Source: Macrostomum lignano
Taxonomy: Eukaryota
NCBI GenBank assembly: GCA_002269645.1
Contig: NIVC01000100.1
Span: forward strand, 124,001-188,000
DNA: 64,000 nucleotides
Direction of reading: 5' to 3'
Positions 25,101 to 39,100 of the stretch are shown here, piece by piece. Within the stretch, counting starts at the first letter, position 1. Each line of letters opens with the position of its first letter. The position numbers and the translations under genes were made by a program. The notes under the pieces are model-generated. The model did no database searches, was not told the origin of the DNA, and saw only the letters and a program-made list of their open reading frames with translations.

Positions 25101-26920
25101 GAGGGGAGATTGCAGAGTGCGTTCATGGTGCATTGTGAAATTCGATTTCTGGAACTGATTTGGGCTGCCTAGCAACTGTCAAGGGGAATTAGACCGATTC
25201 GATGCGCCATTATTCGGTTTTTGTACTGCGAGATATGACTCTTCAGAAAAGTTTATGGTGCGATTTTCGGCATTATATGACTGTTGATATTCATATTTCA
25301 TGATGAATTTGTTTATAAAAACCATATATTGCATTGTAAAGTGCTAGAATGTACATGCATACGTTGGGGCAGTACTTACTATCCGGATATGTTAGACAGT
25401 AGTAGAAGGCTGTTAGACAGTATTAGGAGGGTGTTAGACAGTACTACATGTAGGAAGGTGTTACAAAGCATTAGAGTGGTGTTGGACTGTACTTTCAAGA
25501 TGTTATAGACAGTTCTAGGTGTTAGACGGTATTAGGAGGGTGTTATACAGTTTTACTGGGTGTTATACAGGGTGTTATACAGGAGGGTGTTAGAAAATAC
25601 TAGGAAGGTGTTAGACAGTACTAGGAAGGTGTTAGACAGTACGAGGAAGGTGTTAGACAGTACTAGGAACGTTTTCAAATAGCAAAAGCATGTTATGACA
25701 GCAAAAGCACTCCGTTAGACTCTAGATACAACAAAATCTTATCAAATTTACTAATTTTAACTCCCAATCGCCCCCCTCTGCCAACAACAGATCGTGAAGA
25801 TGTTGATTGTGGTGGTCACTCTGTTTGCCCTGTGCTGGATGCCTCTGCACGTGTTCAACGTTCTCTCCGACTACACAGAGCTGAACACTTGGCTGCCGGG
25901 AGTGATGCTGGACAGAATCTTCATCGTATCCCATTGGACAGCCATGGCAAACAGCTTTGTTAACCCCATGGTGTATGGGTTTATGAACGACACGTTTAAG
26001 GTGAGAGACGGTTTTGGCTGATTTGTCTTTTGGAAAAGAGCAGCAAAATTTATGAATGCAAGAATCTGAGTGGAAGGTAAACACTAGACCGGATTGTATT
26101 GAGGAGATAGGAGTGGCGGGGTGAATCTCTGAATGCGCATTTTAATGCTTGCAGTGAGTACTCGAGTTTGATTTTAAGAAGTCTGAACTTTGGGAGAAAG
26201 ATGGGGAAGAGAAAAATGCGAGATAAGAGGAGAAATTAGAGTGCGAAAAGCACGGAAGAGACGAGAGATGAGGAAAGAGAGGGAGGAGAGTAGAGAGTGG
26301 GAGACGACAGGAGAGAAGGGAGAGGGGAGGCGGAGACGAGAAAGGGGAAAGGAGAGGGGAGAGGAGAGGGGAGAGAGGAGAGGAGAGAGGGGAGAGGAGA
26401 GAGGGAGAGGGGAGAGGAGAGACGTTAGAGGAGAGAGGGGAGATGAGAGAGGAGATAGAGGAGAGGAGAGAGGGGAGAGGGGAGAGGAGAGAGGGGAGAG
26501 AGGAGAGGAGAGAGGGGAGAGGGGAGAGGAGAGACGTTAGAGGAGAGAGGGGAGAGGGGAGAGAAGGGAGAGGAGAGGCGACAGAAGCCATTCCCCATCC
26601 CAACGGCCTCATCGCAGGCGGACCTGAGAGACCTGGCCCAGAGGCTGAGGTGCTGCCGCAGTGGGAGGCAACTCCAGGTGCCAGTAACAAATCGTTGCCA
26701 GACAAACGGAGGCTGCGGCGGCACCAACTTCAGAAATCAGGTGAGGCAGCACAATCAGAATCGTGCCCATGGCAGGGCGTCAGTCCCACTGCTGTCTGCA
26801 GCAACACCCGCTGCGCCTGTGGAAGCAGAAACAGCTGCAGGAGCAGCAAAAAATGCTGCAATCGATGAAATAGAGCTGCAACCGGCGGATCCGGTCGCTC
26901 AGTTTGTCACGCAACTGTAA
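21151..26920 (+). CDS. Class A (rhodopsin-like) neuropeptide-type GPCR, tachykinin/RYamide/GPR83-like; 3 exons
   Basis: Exons 21151-21849, 25791-26000 and 26618-26920, all with phase-0 GT-AG junctions (AKRK|IVKML..; MNDTFK|ADLRDL). Motifs are TM1 GN, TM2 [10 protein letters not shown]3 C..DRF, TM4 W, TM6 CWMPLH and TM7 [15 protein letters not shown]. The exact ligand family cannot be assigned. Confidence 0.88.
21869..22190. repeat. (GTCT)n microsatellite in GPCR intron 1
   Basis: Read directly. Confidence 0.97.
22610..23150. repeat. Degenerate ~21-bp minisatellite (AGGTGTCTAACAGGTATCAAC)
   Basis: Recurrent TGTCTAACAGG core. Confidence 0.88.
23900..24790. repeat. 17-bp minisatellite (AAAATCAGGATGGCGCT and variants)
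   Basis: Tandem units, with an alternating 34-bp dimer in the middle of the array. Confidence 0.92.
25390..25675. repeat. 21-bp minisatellite (AGGTGTTAGACAGTACTAGGA), degenerate
   Basis: Same family as 29140-30345. Confidence 0.8.
26200..26580. repeat. Polypurine (GA-rich) tract in GPCR intron 2
   Basis: Almost exclusively G/A on the + strand. Confidence 0.9.
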
Positions 26921-27301
26921 CTTAGTATTCGAATAGTATCTGTCCCCGACAGACTGTGTGTGGCAGGCCATTTTCCCGAGTAGTTAATTACCAGCAAATA
27001 AAGATGAACCGTGTACCCTAATATTTTATTTGTAATATACTTGCAATGCTGTTGTATTTTTGCTTTGATATCAATATAGCTGGCGCACTTATTGCTGCTA
27101 TAATAGTTTTACAACATTTACATAAAAGTTTTGCTGTGGCATATTTCTGCTTTTATGGCTTGTTGACTGCAGTATAAACCACAGAATATTCTGTGGTATA
27201 AACGAAGGTTTGCTGCACAAGTCTTTTGCCTAACTAATTAAGTTTTATAATGCCGTTTGGGGTCTGTTAACTAGAGCATGGTCAATCAGTCGGTGATCAT
27301 A

Positions 27302-28179
27302 TACTCGGTTGGGGAGAAACTTCCCGCGGTTTCTAGAAACTTTCTGTCTAAGAACTTTCTGGAACATTCCAGAGCCCGGCTGTGTGGGTATATATTGAGG
27401 GTGGGTGTGTGTGATTCTAACATGCTATTTAAACCAGAGGTTACTCACTAGTCACCAGCATTATGGATCTCTCTCGGGCCTATATTCGTGGTCTCCTGCT
27501 CTACGACTTCAAATCTGGACTGTCAGCCGCAGAATCCAGCCACTGCATCAACGCTGCATTTTGTGCGGGTGCCGTGTCTGAACACACCGCCCAGGACTGG
27601 TTTGCGCGGTTTCGCCAGGGAAATTTTAACCTCGAAGATTTGCCCCGGTCAGGTCGTCCCTCCGAGGTTGATGACGACCGGCTGCACACACTCGTAGAGG
27701 CTGACCCTCGGCAAACCACGCGTGAGTTAGCGCAAGTCCTTGATGTAGACCATAAAACGGTCACCAGTCATTTGCATCAGCTGGGCAAGGTGTACAAGCT
27801 GGCACAATGGGTACCCCACCAATTGTCAGATTGGGACAAGGAGCGCAGGGCAGAGGTGGCCACTTCTCTCCTCTCCTACAGGCGCACGCACAACTGGCTG
27901 AAGTCCATCGTTACGGGCGATGAAAAGTGGTGCCTGTACGTCAACATCAAACTTTGAAGATTATGGGTTGATGTTGACGCGACGCCTGAGCTGCAGCCAA
28001 AGGCCGGACTCCACCCACGCAAGGTCATGCTGTGCGTGTGGTGGGACTGCAAGGGCGTCATCTACTACGAACTGCTGCCACCCAACACATCGATTATGGC
28101 CAACCTATACTGCCAACAGCTGGACCGATTGGCCGCCGCCATCGCACAGAAGCGTCCGAACCACGGCCCGGTACGATTC
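27302..28179 (+). mobile_element. Mariner (Tc1/mariner) transposon remnant: left TIR plus truncated transposase pseudogene
   Basis: TA + CTCGGTTGGGGAGAAACTTCCCGCGGTTT resembles Hsmar1-type TIRs. The ORF from 27463 has LEDLPRSGRP (HTH linker), WVPHQL (mariner WVPHEL) and IVTGDEKW (first catalytic Asp). After an in-frame TGA at 27955-27957 it continues KVMLCVWWDCKGVIYYELL..YCQQL..KRP and breaks off before the HDNA motif. No right TIR was found. Confidence 0.9.
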
Positions 28180-28229
28180 ATACGACTCACTAGTTGGTCA
28201 TACTGATGACTGTTGGTTATAATCCAGTT

Positions 28230-28712
28230 CCCTCTTTGATAATCTAGTTCACTCTATCACCATCTAGTTCACTCTGTGACCATCTAGTTCACTATATGAC
28301 CATCTAGTTTAGTCTGTGATCAGCTAGTTCACTCTATCATCATCTAGTTCACTCTGTAACCATCCAGTTCGCTCTGTGACCATCTAGTTCACTCTGTGAC
28401 CATCTAGTTAAGTCTGTGATAATCTAGTTGACTCTGTGATCATTTACTTCACTCTATGACCATCTAGTTCACTCTGTGATCATCTAGTCCACTCTATGAC
28501 CATCTAGTTCACTCTGTGATCATTTACTTCACTCTATGACCATCTAGTTCACTCTGTGATCATCTAGTCCACTCTATGACCATCTAGTTCACTCTGTGAT
28601 CATCTAGTCCACTCTATGACCATCTAGTTCACTCTGTGATCATCTATTCCACTCTATGACCATCTAGTTCACTCTGTGGTCATCTAATTCTCTTTATGAT
28701 TATCTAGTTCAC
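28230..28712. repeat. 20-bp minisatellite (CATCTAGTTCACTCTGTGAC)
   Basis: Tandem units read directly. Confidence 0.92.
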
Positions 28713-29139
28713 TGGATCGTCCCTTAGCTTTGTAATTTTATAGATCTGTTTTGTCATAGTCAGGATACCATAGTTACCCTACGCAACCATATTTTGCGTC
28801 AAAGAACAGTTCAGTGCATGGATCAAGTTCCCAATGATCGGTGAAAATATGCATGCAACTCGCATCATAGCATCATCATATTTGGTTCACTTCAGTTCGA
28901 CCGAACCTGGAACTCAAGCAGCTCGTATTGAATAAGCAAAAGCGGGGGAACAGAAGAGGGCGATGACGCACAACTGTCAATCATAAATATCTTTCTCGCT
29001 GGCTCATTTAGCAAATCAATGCCTCCGTTCGCTGCTCGAAACCGGTCTGAAAGTTGAGCTCGAAATTGAGCGACTGGGATTTCTGACTCGCAGAAAATGC
29101 GATTTCTACAGAATTTCGTATTCAAGTCTACTCTGTAAT

Positions 29140-30345
29140 GACAGCTCGAATACGTTAGACAGGAAAGTGTTAGACAGTACATGTACTAGGAAGTTGTTAG
29201 ACTCCTAAGATGGTGTTTCAGCCTAACGGTCAGAGCGTCGGACGCCCGAATGAAAGGTCGGGGTTCGATTCCCGATTCCATTCGAAACAATATGTGTCCT
29301 TGAGCAAAAAGTGTTAGGAAGGTGTTAGACAGTATTAGGAAGGTGTTAGACAGTATTAGGAAGGTGTTAGACAGTATAGGAAGGAGTTAGACAGTATTTG
29401 GAAGGTGTTAGACAGTATTAGGAAGGTGTTAGACAGTATAGGAAGGAGTTAGACAGTATTTGGAAGGTGTTAGACAGTATTTGGAAGATGTTAGACAGTA
29501 TTAGGAAGGTGTTAGACAGTATAGGGAGTTAGACAGTATTTGGAAGGTGTTAGACAGTATTAGGAAGGTGTTAGACAGTATTTGGAAGGTGTTAGACAGT
29601 ATTAGGAAGGTGTTAGACAGTATAGGAAGGAGTTAGACAGTATTTGGAAGGTGTTAGACAGTATTAGGAAGGTGTTAGACAGTATAGGAAGGAGTTAGAC
29701 AGTATTTGGAAGGTGTTAGACAGTATTTGGAAGGTGTTAGACAGTATTAGGAAGGTGTTAGACAGTATAGGGAGTTAGACAGTATTTGGAAGGTGTTAGA
29801 CAGTATTTGGAAGGTGTTAGACAGTATTAGGAAGGTGTTAGACAGTATAGGGAGTTAGACAGTATTTGGAAGGTGTTAGACAGTATTTGGAAGGTGTTAG
29901 ACAGTATTAGGAAGGTGTTAGACAGTATAGGGTGTTAGAAAGTATTTGGAAGGTGTTAGACAGTATTAGGAAGGTGTTAGACAGTATAGGGTGTTAGACA
30001 GTATTTGGAAGGTGTTAGACAGTATTAGGAAGGTGTTAGACAGTATTAGGAAGGTGTTAGACAGTATTTGGAAGGTGTTAGACAGTATTAGGAAGGTGTT
30101 AGACAGTATAGGGTGTTAGACAGTATTTGGAAGGTGTTAGACAGTATTAGGAAGGTGTTAGACAGTATTAGGAAGGTGTTAGACAGTATTAGGAAGGTGT
30201 TAGACAGTATTAGGAAGGTGTCAGACAGTATTTGGAAGGTGTTAGACAGTATTAGGAAAGTGTTAGACTATATTAGGAAGTGTTAGACAGTATTAAGGTG
30301 TTAGATAGTATTAGAAGTGTTAGACACTTTTTGGAAGGCGTTAGA
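29140..30345. repeat. ~21-bp minisatellite (GGAAGGTGTTAGACAGTATTA)
   Basis: Long homogeneous tandem array from ~29311. Confidence 0.95.
29209..29310 (+). mobile_element. tRNA-derived SINE 5' fragment
   Basis: A-box-like TCAGCCTAACGGTCAGAGCG, B box GGTTCGATTCC (29262-29272), then GTGTCCTTGAGCAA, a motif that follows the tRNA head in several CORE-type SINEs. It is embedded in the TGTTAGACA satellite. Confidence 0.55.
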
Positions 30346-30804
30346 CATTATTAGAAGAGTTTTAGTCAGTACACGAAGGTAAGAAAAATGTAATCATTAG
30401 AGCCAAGGGACTGCAACAGCACTTTTCCATAAATATGATACATAGAAAATTAAAGTGGCACTCTGGCGTACGTGAGTGAAATTACTTTTATTTCGGATTT
30501 GGGCTGTATACTTTATATTGGATTGCAAGACAAATAAATACGATCGATCGCGTCTAATCCATTAACGCATTCAGATTATCAACCTCATATTGCTAAAGTT
30601 GCGGTACGTTTACGACTTCTGCAAGAAAGATTTGCTGGTTGCCTCTGTTCTTGTCTATAGTCCGAGTGTGACCATTATCACACTTATGATTCGTAAGCAC
30701 TCATTTGCGCGTGTCGGCGGTGCCAGCTGTCGGCCTCAAAATGTATACAGCTCTATTCTGTACAACTCCTGACTGTCTTCTGGGCTGGACTGGGTTGTTC
30801 TTCG

Positions 30805-31180
30805 TCTCCCCTCTCATTTCCTCTCCCCTCTCTACTCTCTACTCTTCCCCTCTCCCCCTCTCTCCTCTCCTTTCCCCTCTACTCTCCCCCTCTCTCCTTT
30901 CCCCTCTACTCTCCCCCTCTCTCCTCTCTACTCTCCTTTCCCCTCTACTCTACCCCTCTACTCTTCCCCTCTCTTCTCTCCTCTCCCCCTCTCTCTCCTC
31001 ATCTCTCCCTTTTCCCCTCTCTCAAGTCTCCTCTCTTGATCTCTGTCCTCCATTCTCCTCCCTTGTCTCCTTTTTTCTAATTCATTTCACTTCTTCTATC
31101 TATTCCCGCCCTCCTTTCTCGCTACTCTCCTCTATTCTATTTTTCTCATCATCCCCTCTCGCCCGCTCTCATCTCTCTAA
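30805..31180. repeat. Polypyrimidine (CT-rich) tract
   Basis: Almost exclusively C/T on the + strand. Confidence 0.88.
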
Positions 31181-32269
31181 CGGTAAGCAGCAGTGCGCAG
31201 CGAGAATCCGCAGTCAGTCATAAAAGTTACAGCCGCAGCAGAAACAGCTGGTTCCAGTTTTGGACTTCTTTTTGTGATTTTTTCCTTCTGTGGCCGGCTT
31301 TTTCCTGCCGTAGAGGCAATAGAGAAAAAAATAGAAATCCAACCCGGTCCATATTTCTGTCGCTTTCATTAATTTTGCCTTTTTTCTTCAATCGGCCCAT
31401 TTGGATACGAGAATCGCTGGGCTGTTTCTGTGACGTGTTCTACGAGTAGTTTGCGCTGAGAGCGAACGGTCTAAGATTTCCAAAAGAATGCCCATGGCAT
31501 AGCAACTGTGCCAGACACCTGCACTTGCTGAATACTGGCGTACTGGTATAAGCAGAGGTGGACCGTAAAAATGTACGAGTATTATAGAATCCCAGCGTTT
31601 ATTCAACACTGAGTTTAGGGGAGAGGAAGAGAAAAGTGGAGTGCGGGGGAGAAGAGGGAGAGATAGGAAAAGGGAGAAAAGTGGGGGGGGAGAAGGGAGC
31701 AGGGTAGTGAGAGGGAGAGGGGAGAGGAGATAAGGGAAGGAGTCGTGAGACTCTATAGTAGTCGTCTCTACTAGTCGTCTCTAGTAGGAGTCTCTATAGT
31801 AGTCGTAGTGGACCATATCGTAGGTTTGGTAGTTTTCAAATATTTAGGTTTTGAACGCAGTTCGTCCCCTTGCCATCCGTCTATCTTGGTTTAGGTAGCA
31901 ATATAGCTCGTATTTGTGTATAACTATTGCCAATCCTCTTTGCTTACTTGGCAGGCAAAGTTCAAGTGGTTGCACGAAATGCCTTTCCATCCTTTCATTG
32001 GCACCGATTTGTCAATGCCGATCTGGCGCGGTGGACACTGGCTGCCTGCGCTGGTCATTTATCAGTGCCGCTGTAGCAAAAAAGTGCTTTTTTTGAAAAA
32101 TTGAAACAAACAATAGTTCCCCGTCTAACCGAAGTTGAAGGTAAAACTCGAACACGATACATTCGCGTTGTCCGATTATTGATGCGTTTCCAGGAAACAC
32201 ACATTACTGGCATGATGGCACAGTATGTCATCGTAGCTATGGATTTATCCCTTTAACAGAGGACCCAAC

Positions 32270-32865
<596 letters not shown>

Positions 32866-33154
32866 GCACAGATGATAGTGAGGAAAGGACATCCAGGGAA
32901 CGGAAAGAGAGCTGTTAACAGAAGAGGAAATTAGATGGAAGAAAGATGGTAGTGTGAATTTCGAAGCGAGCAAGTCAACTGAGAAATAATAATTTAATCG
33001 TATCTCCGGAAATAAGATTCCCTTCGAGAAAATTTGCAAGGGTCACTATTCAAGGCCGTATGTAATTATCAATCCAAGTTGATGCAGGCTCCTTCTAGGA
33101 AAGCAAAACAAAAAGCTCCCAATCATTTGCATCTCGGTGATTACCAACTCTGTT

Positions 33155-36100
33155 TGACTGTGAATCCACTCTGCCTGTGAACTAAACTGCCAATTCTGTC
33201 TGTGAATCGATCGACACTGTGAATCAATCTAAACTATTAATCAATCTACACTGTGAATCAATCTAGACTGTGAATCAATCAGATTCAATCTACACTGTGA
33301 ATCAATCTAAACTGTGATTCAATCTAGACTGTGAATCAATCTAAACTGTGATTCAATCTACACTCTGAATCAATCTAAACTGTGAATCAATCTACACTGT
33401 GAATCAATCTACACTCTGAATCAATCTAAACTGTGAATCAATCTAGACTGTGAATCAATCTATACTGTGAATCAATCTAAACTGTGAATCAATCTAGACG
33501 TGAATCAATCTAGACTGAATCAATCTAAACTGTGAATCAATCTAGACTGTGAATCAATCTAAACTGTGAATCAATCTCGAGACTGTGAATCAATCTAGAC
33601 TATGAATCAATCTACACTGTGAATCAATCTACACTGTGAATCAATCTACACAGTGAATCAATCTAGACTGTGAATCAATCTACACTGTGAATCAATCTAA
33701 ACTGTGAATCAATCTCGAGACTGTGAATCAATCTAGACTATGAATCAATCTACACTGTGAATCAATCTACACTGTGAATCAATCTACACTGTGAATCAAT
33801 CTACACTGTGAATCAATCTATACAGTGAATCAATCTACACTGTGAATCAATCTACACTATGAATCAATCTACACTGTGAATCAATCTAGACTGTGAATCA
33901 ATCTACACTGTGAATCAATCTAGACTGTGAATCAATCTATACAGTGAATCAATCTCGAGACTGTGAATCAATCTAGACTGTGAATCAATCTACACTGTGA
34001 ATCAATCTACACTATGAATCAATCTCGAGACTGTGAATCAATCTAGACTGTGAATCAATCTATACAGTGAATCAATCTAAACTGTGAATCAATCTAGACG
34101 TGAATCAATCTAGACTGAATCAATCTAAACTGTGAATCAATCTAGACTGTGAATCAATCTAGACTATGAATCAATCTACACTGTGAATCAATCTACACTG
34201 TGAATCAATCTACACTGTGAATCAATCTACACTGTGAATCAATCTATACAGTGAATCAATCTACACTGTGAATCAATCTACACTATGAATCAATCTACAC
34301 TGTGAATCAATCTACACTGTGAATCAATCTAGACTGTGAATCAATCTACACTGTGAATCAATCTAGACTGTGAATCAATCTACACTGTGAATCAATCTCG
34401 AGACTGTGAATCAATCTAGACTGTGAATCAATCTACACCGTGAATCAATCTACACTATGAATCAATCTCGAGACTGTGAATCAATCTAGACTGTGAATCA
34501 ATCTATACAGTGAATCAATCTAAACTGTGAATCAATCTAGACGTGAATCAATCTAGACTGAATCAATCTAAACTGTGAATCAATCTAGACTGTGAATCAA
34601 TCTAAACTGTGAATCAATCTCGAGACTGTGAATCAATCTAGACTATGAATCAATCTACACTGTGAATCAATCTACACTGTGAATCAATCTACACAGTGAA
34701 TCAATCTAGACTGTGAATCAATCTAAACTGTGAATCAATCTCGAGACTGTGAATCAATCTAGACTATGAATCAATCTACACTGTGAATCAATCTACACTG
34801 TGAATCAATCTACACTGTGAATCAATCTACACTGTGAATCAATCTATACAGTGAATCAATCTACACTGTGAATCAATCTACACTATGAATCAATCTACAC
34901 TGTGAATCAATCTACACTGTGAATCAATCTAGACTGTGAATCAATCTACACTGTGAATCAATCTACACTGTGAATCAATCTACACTATGAATCAATCTCG
35001 AGACTGTGAATCAATCTAGACTGTGAATCAATCTAAACTGTGAATCAATCTCGAGACTGTGAATCAATCTAGACTATGAATCAATCTACACTGTGAATCA
35101 ATCTACACTGTGAATCAATCTACACAGTGAATCAATCTAGACTGTGAATCAATCTACACTGTGAATCAATCTAAACTGTGAATCAATCTCGAGACTGTGA
35201 ATCAATCTAGACTATGAATCAATCTACACTGTGAATCAATCTACACTGTGAATCAATCTACACTGTGAATCAATCTACACTGTGAATCAATCTATACAGT
35301 GAATCAATCTACACTGTGAATCAATCTACACTATGAATCAATCTACACTGTGAATCAATCTAGACTGTGAATCAATCTACACTGTGAATCAATCTAGACT
35401 GTGAATCAATCTATACAGTGAATCAATCTCGAGACTGTGAATCAATCTAGACTGTGAATCAATGTGAACTAAACTGCCAATTCTGTCTGTGAATCGATCG
35501 ACACTGTGAATCAATCTAAACTATTAATCAATCTACACTGTGAATCAATCTAGACTGTGAATCAATCAGATTCAATCTACACTGTGAATCAATCTAAACT
35601 GTGATTCAATCTAGACTGTGAATCAATCTAAACTGTGATTCAATCTACACTCTGAATCAATCTAAACTGTGAATCAATCTACACTGTGAATCAATCTACA
35701 CTCTGAATCAATCTAAACTGTGAATCAATCTAGACTGTGAATCAATCTATACTGTGAATCAATCTAAACTGTGAATCAATCTAGACGTGAATCAATCTAG
35801 ACTGAATCAATCTAAACTGTGAATCAATCTAGACTGTGAATCAATCTAAACTGTGAATCAATCTCGAGACTGTGAATCAATCTAGACTATGAATCAATCT
35901 ACACTGTGAATCAATCTACACTGTGAATCAATCTACACAGTGAATCAATCTAGACTGTGAATCAATCTACACTGTGAATCAATCTAAACTGTGAATCAAT
36001 CTCGAGACTGTGAATCAATCTAGACTATGAATCAATCTACACTGTGAATCAATCTACACTGTGAATCAATCTACACTGTGAATCAATCTACACTGTGAAT

Positions 36101-39100
36101 CAATCTATACAGTGAATCAATCTACACTGTGAATCAATCTACACTATGAATCAATCTACACTGTGAATCAATCTAGACTGTGAATCAATCTACACTGTGA
36201 ATCAATCTAGACTGTGAATCAATCTATACAGTGAATCAATCTCGAGACTGTGAATCAATCTAGACTGTGAATCAATCTACACTGTGAATCAATCTACACT
36301 ATGAATCAATCTCGAGACTGTGAATCAATCTAGACTGTGAATCAATCTATACAGTGAATCAATCTAAACTGTGAATCAATCTAGACGTGAATCAATCTAG
36401 ACTGAATCAATCTAAACTGTGAATCAATCTAGACTGTGAATCAATCTAAACTGTGAATCAATCTCGAGACTGTGAATCAATCTAGACTATGAATCAATCT
36501 ACACTGTGAATCAATCTACACTGTGAATCAATCTACACAGTGAATCAATCTAGGCTGTGAATCAATCTACACTGTGAATCAATCTACACTGTGAATCAAT
36601 CTAGACTATGAATCAATCTACACTGTGAATCAATCTACACTGTGAATCAATCTACACTGTGAATCAATCTACACTGTGAATCAATCTATACAGTGAATCA
36701 ATCTACACTGTGAATCAATCTACACTATGAATCAATCTACACTGTGAATCAATCTACACTGTGAATCAATCTAGACTGTGAATCAATCTACACTGTGAAT
36801 CAATCTAGACTGTGAATCAATCTACACTGTGAATCAATCTCGAGACTGTGAATCAATCTAGACTGTGAATCAATCTACACGTGAATCAATCTACACTATG
36901 AATCAATCTCGAGACTGTGAATCAATCTAGACTGTGAATCAATCTATACAGTGAATCAATCTAAACTGTGAATCAATCTAGACGTGAATCAATCTAGACT
37001 GAATCAATCTAAACTGTGAATCAATCTAGACTGTGAATCAATCTAAACTGTGAATCAATCTCGAGACTGTGAATCAATCTAGACTATGAATCAATCTACA
37101 CTGTGAATCAATCTACACTGTGAATCAATCTACACAGTGAATCAATCTAGACTGTGAATCAATCTAAACTGTGAATCAATCTCGAGACTGTGAATCAATC
37201 TAGACTATGAATCAATCTACACTGTGAATCAATCTACACTGTGAATCAATCTACACTGTGAATCAATCTACACTGTGAATCAATCTATACAGTGAATCAA
37301 TCTACACTGTGAATCAATCTACACTATGAATCAATCTACACTGTGAATCAATCTACACTGTGAATCAATCTAGACTGTGAATCAATCTACACTGTGAATC
37401 AATCTACACTGTGAATCAATCTACACTATGAATCAATCTCGAGACTGTGAATCAATCTAGACTGTGAATCAATCTAAACTGTGAATCAATCTCGAGACTG
37501 TGAATCAATCTAGACTATGAATCAATCTACACTGTGAATCAATCTACACTGTGAATCAATCTACACAGTGAATCAATCTAGACTGTGAATCAATCTACAC
37601 TGTGAATCAATCTAAACTGTGAATCAATCTCGAGACTGTGAATCAATCTAGACTATGAATCAATCTACACTGTGAATCAATCTACACTGTGAATCAATCT
37701 ACACTGTGAATCAATCTACACTGTGAATCAATCTATACAGTGAATCAATCTACACTGTGAATCAATCTACACTATGAATCAATCTACACTGTGAATCAAT
37801 CTAGACTGTGAATCAATCTACACTGTGAATCAATCTAGACTGTGAATCAATCTATACAGTGAATCAATCTCGAGACTGTGAATCAATCTAGACTGTGAAT
37901 CAATCTACACTGTGAATCAATCTACACTATGAATCAATCTCGAGACTGTGAATCAATCTAGACTGTGAATCAATCTATACAGTGAATCAATCTAAACTGT
38001 GAATCAATCTAGACGTGAATCAATCTAGACTGAATCAATCTAAACTGTGAATCAATCTAGACTGTGAATCAATCTAAACTGTGAATCAATCTCGAGACTG
38101 TGAATCAATCTAGACTATGAATCAATCTACACTGTGAATCAATCTACACTGTGAATCAATCTACACAGTGAATCAATCTAGACTGTGAATCAATCTACAC
38201 TGTGAATCAATCTAAACTGTGAATCAATCTCGAGACTGTGAATCAATCTAGACTATGAATCAATCTACACTGTGAATCAATCTACACTGTGAATCAATCT
38301 ACACTGTGAATCAATCTACACTGTGAATCAATCTATACAGTGAATCAATCTACACTGTGAATCAATCTACACTATGAATCAATCTACACTGTGAATCAAT
38401 CTAGACTGTGAATCAATCTACACTGTGAATCAATCTAGACTGTGAATCAATCTATACAGTGAATCAATCTCGAGACTGTGAATCAATCTAGACTGTGAAT
38501 CAATCTACACTGTGAATCAATCTACACTATGAATCAATCTCGAGACTGTGAATCAATCTAGACTGTGAATCAATCTATACAGTGAATCAATCTAAACTGT
38601 GAATCAATCTAGACGTGAATCAATCTAGACTGAATCAATCTAAACTGTGAATCAATCTAGACTGTGAATCAATCTAAACTGTGAATCAATCTCGAGACTG
38701 TGAATCAATCTAGACTATGAATCAATCTACACTGTGAATCAATCTACACTGTGAATCAATCTACACAGTGAATCAATCTAGGCTGTGAATCAATCTACAC
38801 TGTGAATCAATCTACACTGTGAATCAATCTAGACTATGAATCAATCTACACTGTGAATCAATCTACACTGTGAATCAATCTACACTGTGAATCAATCTAC
38901 ACTGTGAATCAATCTATACAGTGAATCAATCTACACTGTGAATCAATCTACACTATGAATCAATCTACACTGTGAATCAATCTACACTGTGAATCAATCT
39001 AGACTGTGAATCAATCTACACTGTGAATCAATCTAGACTGTGAATCAATCTACACTGTGAATCAATCTCGAGACTGTGAATCAATCTAGACTGTGAATCA

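Noticed and set aside
28180-28192. 13-nt match (ATACGACTCACTA) to the T7 promoter at the mariner breakpoint
   Set aside because: It lacks the flanking TA and TAG of the promoter and there is no other vector sequence. It is explained as the degenerate start of the adjacent CTAGTTCACT minisatellite or by chance.
31916-32200. Short ORF with PIWRGGHWLPALV resembling a Ulp1-type protease His motif
   Set aside because: Only ~60 aa long, with no other catalytic motifs and no clear splice sites. Too weak to call.
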